From contig OZ365111.1 of NCBI GenBank assembly GCA_977030845.1, forward strand, positions 6,882,001-6,946,000: a DNA stretch of 64,000 bases. The letters run 5' to 3'. This document shows, piece after piece, positions 1 through 11,700 of the stretch. The position numbers and the translations under genes are program-made. The DNA is from Fimbriosthenelais zetlandica (Eukaryota). Every line of letters begins with the position of its first letter. Within the stretch, counting starts at the first letter, position 1. The notes under the pieces are model-generated. The model did no database searches and had not been told where the DNA came from. It was given only the letters and a program-made list of their open reading frames with translations.

Positions 1-3000
1 CTTTAGAAAAAGCATTAGTCCCCCCGTCCTCCCCACTGCCCCTTATTGGTTTGGACATTTTTGTGGTGTTTCAGATTTAGCATGTGCAATACTTGGATAT
101 TACATCTTCTAGAATTACCCTCCAACCTTTTCCCCTCCTTCTCCTCCGGAAGAACTTGACTGACTGAGAAAATGGGAAGAAAAAAATAGGAGGGCATATA
201 TTACAGAGCTTTTCCGATATCTCTCTCGACTTGTCCCCGGAATGAATTTCCCCCCAATGTGAATTAGCCGCGGCCGTGGTTGTTACGGAAAGGGTTTTCC
301 TGAGATCTAAGAACTTAATGGGAAAAAGGATGATAAGGTATTAGTATTCAATAAGGCCAGTGTTGAATGTATGCTTGTCTGTATTCATTCAATCTTAAGC
401 TGGGGATCTGCGATGTGCCAGTTGCAATCTACACAAGATCCGTCAAGGATAAAACTTGGAAGCATGTCAAACATTACAATAATTAGATTCCTCCAAATAC
501 AGAATTAAATTGGTCGGGGATCAACAATATTCAAATTATATTCAATGATAGTTCTAGAATGTGTACCAGCTATAGGAAGAATGACAAGTTTTCAAGTGTC
601 ATTTTGAATTATATCAGGAAATATTATTCCATAGTGTTTTTGAGTATTTCTAGAGTGTTTATAAGCACCCTTAACCTTGTTTGAAAGGATGATTATTTTT
701 CAAAATTGAAGTATCTTAAGTTTTTAATTCAATTTTTAATTCAACGAGATATCCAAAAAGTTGTATCACCTTTCCTCTGAAACCCAATCCCCCTGCCTCA
801 CCAAACTATCAAGAATAAAATCAATGTACATTGAATCCCTTAAATAGATCCCATGATCCCACTTCATCTCTCTTTTCCAGGTCTGGGATTTCATTTTAAT
901 TGTGGCCGACCTTGGACATTTGAGGTTTGATGAGCGCAGACCATGGATGTACAGGTTAGTCTTTGTAAGCCAGGGCCTGTTGACTGTTCCACATGTACCT
1001 TTACCCGCTAAATGCGCACGTCCTGCCCCACTGTTTGCCCCAAATATTTGTGAGGATCAAGACCTGCATAGATGGGGCTCTCCCCCGGGTCAACAGGTGG
1101 CCAGGTCAATGAATAGTCTATGCTGAGCGCAATAGAGGCAGTGTATAGGAGGAGGAGGAGGGGCAGTATTGGGAAGGGTGGGCAGGGCAGTATCCCCCGG
1201 GGGCTAGGATTTTAAACCTTAATACCTGACAGCAAACCTGGTGAAAGTATAGCAAACTTCCCACATCCAAACACACAAATGTATTTAATGTTTTCCCTGC
1301 TTTAAATTACTGGCGTAGCTACCATTCCAAGACTGCCGGTCAGCAATTGTCCTGCCCGGCTCAGCTCTGGTCATCAGGGGTGTCAGATTGTTGACCTATG
1401 GGGGCAATGTCCTAAGGCTTTCTCCACCTGCACCGAGTAATTGCCATATTTACTCTGCAGCGTAACATCACCAAACAGTCAAACATGGCAAATTACTGTT
1501 AGTTTGCATTGGATACAATCCATCTAAGTCATTGCTGAACTTGAAGCAATTGCTCTCTCGACACTTAATGGATTTCTAATTGAGGAACTAGAGGAGGAGA
1601 CGGGTGGAGGAAGCCAGATTTCTTCACCATTTGAATAGCAGCACTCTCTTGTATTTGTATAGGGCAAGCTTTGGACGGGTCTGTCTCAAGTGCTTCTCTT
1701 GACGGACAGAGCAAGACAACAGATGGACAGGATGGCGTAAGTTGCATAGAGCAATGCTGTCTTGGAGGCATGTGGACACATACCAGCTGTGTGTAGGTTT
1801 GGGATCAAGTCTTATGCCATCTCTACTCGCCTTTCATGAGCGGATGGCGCAACAAGTTGAAGACGATATCTAATTAGCATCAGTCACTAACCCTGCCAAA
1901 CTCTCAATCCCTTCTCAGATTCTCTCTCCTCCAAATCTTCACCAAAATGCCATCAGTAACTCTAGCACTGCCGAGAATTTCAAACAAATATTTTTCTTGA
2001 TTTCTCACCGGGCGCAAATATTTTTTCTTATTTCCCTCGGATGAAATGCTATGATGTGTAGGAGGTTCCTCGAACCCATTTCAAAGCCCTTAATGGAACA
2101 TTCACATTAGTGATATTTTGCCACTGTCAATGTCCAAATAGAGACATGTTATTTCGTTGCAACCTAAATCCTCTGATGGGATTTACTTGTCACTTTCTTG
2201 AATTACCTTTTAAATATGGCGTTTCAGTTGTTTCTATTGGCTCAACTTGAGGGCAACACCCCGAGTTTTCATTGGAATTAATCTGTTGACCTCCAACTTT
2301 GGAATTAGTGCTAAGACCTGCTTGTAAGGCTCTTAGCTTTCAAGCCGTGGAAACCTTATCTGGTCTGTGGTGGGAGGCAGTGGTGGGTAACATGAGGGAG
2401 AAGCAAATTGCTCCCTTGTTGAAGGATCCTATGGGTTACGGTTTGTGAGTGGCAGAATAAGCGAGGGGAGGGGTGTATGGGGTATATGGGGGAGGGGGTT
2501 TACAAGTAATGGCAGGCACCTATTGTATGTATATTCCAAGCAGTGCTTAGTGTGGAATACAGCAGTGAAACCCAATCTGGGAGGGTCGTATGGAGGCAGG
2601 CACTCAGACCTAGCTGGGCCCCGCCCATGTCATTTCCTCGTGTGGACTGTGTGTTGTCCGTGGGGTCGAGTTTCCACTCCGGGATTCACCCCCGAGCCCC
2701 GGTGGCCATCAGGGTTCGTTTGTGGAACAGATCAGTGCTGTTTGGCCAGTCAAATATCAATACACCCACCTCCACCATTGGATACTCCACGCCGGAAGTA
2801 AGTACGCCACACCAGCGCCCCTCGCGGATTCTTCATTGAGGCTAAAATGTTCACTCATGAAATCAGGGATGTTGGGCATACTGATTGGTCAGGTACAAGA
2901 CCTGGCAGTAACTGTTCCAAAAAAATGTTTTCCTTCCTAGAGACTACCTATGTGCAAATTTTTTTTTCAAATATAGGAACTCTTCCATTTACTGATAAGT

Positions 3001-5480
3001 CCAGAGTCTTGATCATTGATTCAATTATTTTTCAGGATTCAGACAGGCCTAACGCAATTGGCTCAAAAGTAGTATTTCTTCGTAATTAAATTTAGTTTAG
3101 AGTGTTTAGATATATAGTTTCTGAGAGGGGTTACTTAATCGGTAAAAAATTATGTCCCAGGAGGCCACCTTCTCTTAAATGAAACCCTAACTAAAATTCT
3201 GTATCTGTCATATGCGATCAATTCAATCACATACTTCCATTAAGTTTTACAATTCTGTAGTCTTCAAGACTTGTCTGATGTATAGACTTGCATCTACTGC
3301 ATGTAGATGTCTGAGAAAGCGAAGTATGAAAGCTGAGAAACAACATTTAAGTTTAAACAGACAGTTCTTAAGCTGTTCCGAACATGTAGGTGTAATCCTT
3401 TTTTAAGAACACTCGCTCAAAAATCTCCAATGCTTAATCCCATCATCAGAAACCTGTTGGAAATTCAGCCACTTTCCTCCCTGTCATTTTTCCATCCATT
3501 TTTAAGCGCTTTCCCCGAAAGGTCCGCCGCCGTCTCCTCTTGCTGGGCAAGTTTGCATACACCTCTTGTGGCCAGATTCCCAGTTGATCCCAACTTGCTT
3601 TTAACCAAGTCACGGAGGGGAATGATAAGAATGCCACAGTGCCACGCACCTCTACCCACACAGTCAGTCTGACACTATGTCAATGTTTCACACATTGGCT
3701 TTTCATATCGTCTTTCAGTGCATGTTATGGTTTGAGATGGCGATGGATGGAGGGAGGGAGTGGGAGGGGGGGGGGGGGGGGGTGGAAGGTAAGGAAGGTA
3801 TGAGGGATGGACAGGTAGGGGGGATGAGGTGCAAAGCTTGGTGACAAGACATTCAAAGTTATACCAGGGGAAGACATGACTGTGAACATCAAATGTGACA
3901 ATTGCTAATTATATCAAGTCTCATTATTTTTTATAACATCATATTACATAACCAAAATGTCAATAGATGGGTGGGTGGGTGGGGGTGGGGGTAGAGAGAT
4001 TGTGAGTGAGATGTGAGAGGAGTGAGGGCCGTGGTCATGGGAAGAGCATGCTGATCCCTGCCACTGTTTACACTCACCCAGCACCTTCAGATTGTGTTCT
4101 CCTGAAAACAGAGAAAGATGAGTATGTTGGGAGAGACTTGGTCAGGTGCAAACAAACAGTTTATCACTTTACAAGTCTTGATAAAACACTACCAGGAAAT
4201 GAGGGGACGACAGTTACCACAGATTGGGCCATCTGTGACAAGACCTCTGAGGCAATAACTAAGATGCCTAATGAGAAAAAGTCAAGAGGCTAAATTTCAC
4301 CAAAATCCATTCATGGCTTTCATAAAGATCCACGGTTTTGAAGGGTTTAGCTCTAATTGACTCAAAATCAATTGATGCATTGCGATTGCTTTGCAAGATC
4401 AGATGATTCTCTAAGGCCAACCCAAAAGATTTTAAAAGGTCAAATAACTTTTCATACTATTTCGCTGAAATCCTGATCGATCCCACAATCAGTAATCTGC
4501 ATTATTTAAAAAAATTGAAAAAACTCCAAAAATTAGGGGTTTAATGAGGCATTATGTTGTACATTTTGTAGTTACGAAGTTACGGCCTGGTATGAGGCCT
4601 TCTGCAGTAATCGGCATTGGTGGGGTGTATTGGAAGACAAAGCCATACCTGTATAAGACATTGTCATCATGACTGTATGTCTCCCGCGGCAGAATGTCTA
4701 AATCATGATTGACACCTCCAGCATGGAGAGACAGAGGGCACACACAGGTGCAGTTATAAAGGTAGGCTCTAGACTCATGCTCCTCTCATCATTTCTTTCA
4801 GCTCAGGGTCATGTTTCCCTAGGCAGAAAAAAAACGTGCTGAGGAGATGTGCGGATCCATGCTTGCTGAGTAGGAGCTGGTACACATATATATGTATACC
4901 CAGCAGCGGGATCCAACTGACACTGGCCATAATAGTGGGTCACGGAGAGGGTGAGGTGAGTGACAGGTAGTGAGTGACAGGTGTAAGGTGGAGGGTACAT
5001 AGTGCATTTGGCCACAGCCGGACGTAGGCACGCTGTATATATGTACATTGACGTTGCGGTGTCGGGTGGCGGGCGGGGGAGCCTGAGGTCTTCAAGTAGA
5101 CGCTGTCACTCTATTGACAGCCAAGCAAGGGCCCTCATATCTAGCTGCAGACCAGTCCAAGGATGCTACAGCAGACAGGGCTAAAGTTTGATACTGAAAA
5201 TTTTAAGGCCCCCTCTCTCTCCCCCCCCCCCCCCCCCAATCATGTCATATTTTGGTCCTGGACAGGATCCCTCTTGATCCCTTGCTGGTTGACTAACAGA
5301 GATTTGCATTGCTGAGGAGGGAGACAGGCAGAGACATTTTGTGGGTCAGGCTCCTTCAGATACATTCTTGCATAGCTTGCATAGATGCAACGAAAGTTAC
5401 CTGGATTAAAAAATATAGAGGCCTGCATATCTGTTAGCCACAAATGTACCCAAAATCAATTGTCCTTAGAACGACTACAT

Positions 5481-5724
5481 CAGGGTTCCCAGCGGTTCAT
5501 GAAAACAGAATTCCCTGATTTCCCCCCCTGACTAAGCCCTTAAATTCCAGGAGATATTTTAGTCATATGAAGCACTCGGAACTTCAGTGGCTGGCAGTTG
5601 AAATTGAAATGTGAGCGTTGAAATTCTCGTTTTACCTCATTTTTGTTCAGTTTTTCTCAAATTCTCTGGGCTTGAAACTCATTTTCCAGGTTTTCCCTGA
5701 TTTCCAGAGTCGCTGGGAACCCTG
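5481..5724. mobile_element. 244-bp MITE (non-autonomous DNA transposon), hAT5-like by its 5-bp TSD
   Basis: Perfect 14-bp TIRs CAGGGTTCCCAGCG (5481-5494) and CGCTGGGAACCCTG (5711-5724); TACAT direct repeat on both flanks (5476-5480, 5725-5729); subterminal TTCCCTGATTTCC near both ends; no ORF. Superfamily assignment is inference. Confidence 0.85.
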
Positions 5725-8700
5725 TACATGGATATCTGAACTAGAACGAGCAAACAACAGAACAGAAAAAAACAGGTCTAGATCCAATCAAGTGTAATGA
5801 TGTGTAATGATGCATAATATATGTTTAGTTATCAACGATTGCATGTTTGGTTATCAACTAATGTATTTAAGGGTATACGAGGTGGCAAGGCAATACTAAA
5901 GTTGCCAATTAATGGGCCACAAGAGAAGGTAACAGTGCATGCATTGCTATGAAATGTCGTGATATGAGATTTGAGTATCAGCTTTGTTGGGGTATAAGTG
6001 ATGGTTAATCTCAGCCTCAGGTCATTGCCCTTATCCACCAACACCTAGCTAACAAAATCTGATCTCCTCCTCTCCTCCAACCATTGTCAGGTTCCTATTG
6101 TTCTCACACCACCTGCTTCTGGACATCCCAGCGTCCAAAAAACATTTCAAAACACTGGCGATAAAGGATGTGCCCAGAGGAAAACCACACAAGTTTGATA
6201 TTGGAAGAATATAACATTTATTGATAATCAATTGTGTTACCAACTGCAAGACATTTTGTCAGAGAGAAGAGCGAGCAAGAAAATGCTGGATTGCTATTCA
6301 AAACAGCACAATGATTATTGGTAATTCATTTTAGATTAAAGTAACCATGAAAGTAACCATTAAAGATGTCATTACAGATCTTATTCCTGACGATCTAAAC
6401 AGACCAACTCGGGAAATCTTTCCGAAAATAAATGGACACTTCTTATTGGATGGCCAATGAAATGCTTTCAAAAGTAGTTGCATCATTCAATACTAAGAGA
6501 GAACTAATTACACTTTCACCAGAAGTGCCGAACTATAATCTCAATGTGTGAAAGTAGAGGGCATTCAAGATGAACCACAATGAAGAACAATTGAGTTTAA
6601 GGGCAGTGCAAACTAAGGGGGGCAGTGGGTGAGGACTGAGCCCCTCCCGACCCTGGGCAGCACACCTTATACCCCTTGTTCCAGCCTTTTATTCACCCCA
6701 GCCCACCCTCCTGCCCCACACGTGGCGACACAATTACCTTGTTTAAAGTCCACATTAAGCAGGAAGCTCTGGGGAGGCCTAGTTAGTATGAAATAGGAAC
6801 TGAGAGTGGGTTAGCTTGGTGGGGTTTGAAGGGTGGAATGGCTAATCCATGGCCAGTAACAGAAGGTCTGTTTACTCTGTCTCCAGGATTTCCCTGGCGC
6901 ATCAACCAAATATGCCGACTATCCGTTACTCCGTTACTCGCAGGGAGACAGAGGGATAAGCCTATCTGGAAGGGACAGGCAAAGGGACAGGCAAATGTGA
7001 GACAAATATCAAATGTTGGGGTAAAGGCAGGGTTAAGCCTGCACTACACTAATCCGATTCTCTATCTGGCTCCATCCGATAGCTGTCCGAAACTATATTT
7101 CTATTCTCAACAAATGCTTGTAATTTTAACAGTTCGTTATACCTTAATAAGGCTAACCACTGACAATATTTCAATCATTGAATGTCATTTGAAATTGGGG
7201 TTCGGATGGCAACGGATTAGTGTGTACCAGGTTTTAATATCTGGGAAAGGGATGCTAAACGACTACTTGCCCACGACTACAAGGCCTATACCCCAGCCAA
7301 CCAGGCGGCCACCCATCCTCCACACACAGGAAATGCCACATTGAAGCTCCTATTTAAAATCAACAATATCCACACCGATTTAGGCAAAGTCGGTGAAATG
7401 GCCAAACATTGAAAGCAACATTTGGATCAGGTATCGTGGGTGTGTCTCGTCCATATACCCTCTAAGACGGCCAGGGCTTATTTGGTAAATCTACCCCTGT
7501 GTATGCCCTCAGGCAACACCTGTCCCATCAGGCTACTTCTTTTCATTTTTGGCTCCGCATGTTTGTTAAGGACTCTGGACTTAGCTCGGGTGAAATCACT
7601 TCATCATGCGCTATGTCTCAAGTTTATGTTTTCTTTTTGAAAAACTGTCCTTCGAGTGCTCAATTGCTGTTACTGAATTGAGGGGTCTTTGAGAAACAGT
7701 TGTTGAAGATGCCACGCCAAAGCAAATATGGATTTGTATAATTTTCATCGCAAAGTCCTGACCCAGAAGCCTTTAAAAAGTTGGCCTATATATAGCGTTA
7801 GTATGACTTGAAATTACCACACATAATAAAGGGAAATGGCAATAATACAGCCAATAATGGTTATGAATATCAATGGGATCCAAGAATTATTGCATTTCAG
7901 CCTAGGCTTGATCATGAAAATCAGATTTTATGATCAAAATTCTTTAGTCAAATCCCTGAACCATTTAATACTCAATGGATGACCTTCTTGAGTCTCACAA
8001 GAACATGTTATGAAAACCAAAGAATTTGGAGGCAGTGAGTAAGAGACAAGAGATTGAGAGCTGTCAGTGACCGGATATTGCTTATGTACCTTTACAGGGC
8101 TGAGTGGCCATGGAGATGGTCGAATGAATGTCTCTAACATCTGAAGAATAGGATTTAGACCTCTCTAGGTAGGAAACAATAGAAATCTTGTCACCTCTTG
8201 GCCCAGCCTCTGATGACCTACCATATCTCTTCTTCTGTCTTCTTGGCTAGGAGACAAACAAAGGCTAATCGTCTTCCTATTTGCTCCAGAGATGAGACAT
8301 GCCCTTGGCGGAAGGTGTTATTCAGAACAATTCCTTCCTCATCCCGTTTCTACATATATATTCAATATAGACCAATGCAAATGGCACACATTTATATCCT
8401 GTGTAGGCCTGTCTGCTGGGGTGAAATAAGGCGATATTTTCTTTCTTGCTCAAGATTAACCTCGATAGGTTTGGTCTTATTTGTGAGAAACAATACTCCT
8501 GGATTTCCTGAAAGGATTATGGTCCTCAAAAGGAAGTAAAATGTCCTGGTCACATTTTGGCATAGGAGAAATAAGGGAGAAAATCATTTATGTTATATAT
8601 ATATGTGTAAAAGAAGGATATAAATCTAAAATATACTGGTGTAATTGAAATAAATAAAAAATAATATATTGATACATAATATGGAGGTCGTGGAAATCTA

Positions 8701-11700
8701 TTTTAAATCTTCAACAATCTTATTTAACTCAGTCTAACCATGGAAGCCAACATGTTTTCAAGAGAGGACAAGCTACATTCCTAACCAATATTATCCTCCT
8801 GCGACACCGGAAGTAGAAAGGTCAGCAGGAGCAATGCTTGAGGCGTTTAAGGGGCGATAATAAGGAGGGACATATGGACCTGAGGTGACAGGGAAATCTC
8901 TAAAACTAACACTGAGCCCCTTCACTTCATTCTCCTCCTCTCATGAGGAACATATATGATATAACAAGCAAAACATCCCACACAAAAATTTCTATCAGGA
9001 TTTTTTAAAATCAATTTAAAGGCTGATCACCAATTCACAGCTCAAGATAATTGGTAAAAGATGGGAAGTATTGATAATGGGTTCTTGCGGGGATTTTTTT
9101 CACAATGGTTTGTATTTACCCATGAATCATTTAGGAAATTGAAGATTTGAAGGAAAATTTAAGAGTCATGTTCGGGTTTAGTAATGCCCTAAGCATAGTA
9201 AAGTACTGGTGTCATCCAGTGCACCAAAGCCCATAATATGATATTGTTTATGTAGGTGTCTTCAAAAGGCTTTTGAATCCAATAGTTCTACAAGGTGTAT
9301 GGCTTTATATCATTACTTTACAAAGGAAATAATGGGTGGTAACATCTAAAAAGAAAAATCTAAACCAGGGAAATATCCACTTCATAAATGGTTAAAATTA
9401 TATTTTTTTTAAAGCTTTCATTATGGGTAACTTTCAGACCAAATGGATTGAGATTGGGAGGATGGACTTCTGGTCAAATCCTATCCAAACATGTCCATGC
9501 TTTTCCAGGACACCTGTCATCCTCAACTTGCAAGGATTGGTCGGCCTTTATTGCTTTTGGGAGATTAAAGCATTAAAAATGCTCCGAGAATTCCCAGCTC
9601 CGAACAACACCTGTTCGCTGAAATAACTTTCACCAAATGGCGTTACCGTTTATAGTGCTTTTAAAATGGCCAAAGAAATTCATAGGTTTCAAGGGCAATA
9701 TTTTCTCAACAATTAAAAGCGTGGATGGTTCCAAGGATGAGCGACGAAAATTATAGCATTTGTTTCTGAGATATAGTGGCCCAGAAACCAATAGTACAGA
9801 TTCTCACAACTGGAATTTCAGGCCGTCGAAATTCAATTAACAAAATTGTGAGAATAATTCCACTTTGAGTCGGTCATTATCTCGGAAATGGCATTTTCTT
9901 TTATTTCTGTCAATTACTTTATTCACCAACATTTAATAGGGCTGAGGAAATGTTAAATAATGCCAAACAAGGGAGAAAGCCAGGTTTTAAAGCCGCCTGA
10001 TTAATCCAGTTCTCTCGCCGGGACGACCATTTCAGTAGCCTTGCTGGCCGAAGAAAGCTGGAATTGACAGGCGCCGACATGGCAATTGGCAGGCCACTTA
10101 GCCAAGTGTGGCCATGGCACAAAAAGTTCACTTGGCCAAGTGTAATGGTATTAGAGGAGGGAGGGCCTCTGCCTGCCCCGTTTCTGATTGATAATGGCAT
10201 CTTAAAAGGCTCCTATAATGCCTGTCACAATCATACCATTGGATAACAGCACAGTGGGGCTCCAGCAATGAGCAGGAGAATCGGCGAAGGCAATTGCTCA
10301 ACGACCAATCGCAATTAGACAAGCCTCCCTGGCCAATCAGGGGAGGCCCCCACTACCAATTAGACAAGATGAACCATCAATTGAATTAGAGACAATTGAA
10401 TAAGGTGTTTCATACTCAAATGGCTCTAGGCCCTCCCTTGATGACTTTTTTTCCTCGATGTATTGGTATTTTGCATTTTACGAAGTTGGAGAAAGTAGAT
10501 GTATTGTAGGATTTGATATATATTGGTGCCTTATGTATCAAACATCATAGAAAGGGACGAGAGCGCAAAATTGCTTTGATCAGACCAGAGCGTTTTGGCA
10601 GTGGCGCTCATGGCACCGGCGACTGGCGGCTATAGTATAGACGAATCGAACCGCCTTGGTCTTTCTTCTTGTGTATAGCAAGAGCAGAGATAGCCTGCGT
10701 CTAAATCAAGTAAACGCATAGCCTCTGCGACTTAATTAGAAAAATCTAATGACAGGGAAAACTAATGACAGGAGCAACCGGAGGCGTTCCTCGTCTGTTC
10801 CGGGCATAAGATGAGGTATATATTATGGGTTTAACCGTAATACAATTCTATAACCTAAATATTAAAGATCAAATTTAATGACTTGCATCAGATAGGAATT
10901 ATAGGAAAAAATCTAACATGAAGATTATATCCTTCATATATGTTAGAAGTGGTCACCAAGTTCTATTAACGAAAAACAAAGGACTACAGGAAGTTGACTT
11001 ATTTCATGATCTGAATGAATGTCCCTAAAGTTCGTCCATTTGCAAGGATGCCTATTTAACCTCCTATATTTCAGAAGTGTATTGTCTTATCTCCTCCCAA
11101 ATACATTTTTCCACATCTAAAAGCTTAAGTTCCACCCGCATGAGGTGCCATTAAAGTGTATAAACCTAACCCTTTGTGTTCCCAAATCTAAACGTCAATC
11201 ACTCACAGCGACGGATTCACAGCCATCGACATTTTTTAAAACCAGATATTTGTGAAAGGGCATCTCCAGTGCTCCCGTCTGTTTATGTTTTTTCTTTTTC
11301 TCCACCAAATTGTCCACACTTAACCGTATTTGGAGTGTTTAAATTGCACAGTCGACCCAGAACACATAGGAATAGCATTATGGATCTCCTGTACTGACTG
11401 ACCCTAGCTTCTGCCTCTCGGATATAAGGCTTACTAATATCACCTAAGTTTGAGGCAGCCAGAAAACTATGGCATATCATTTTTCTTTTAAATATTGCCC
11501 ATCCATTCAGTGATGGCAACTTGGAAAGGGGGCTTCAGGGATTTAAAAAAAATATATATAAAGGCCCCCAAAGGTAGAAATGTATTCGAGATTTTACACA
11601 ATCTTTTGATAACTACCTAAAGTTATGCAATGAAATTCATGATGAATAAACTGACATTTCTATCTGGCAATTAAAATGAACTGGCAATAATTGTGAGGTT

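Noticed and set aside
6826-7344. Longest ORF in the desert (172 aa)
   Set aside because: Non-ATG first codon, no recognisable domain, random-looking composition and no supporting exon structure.
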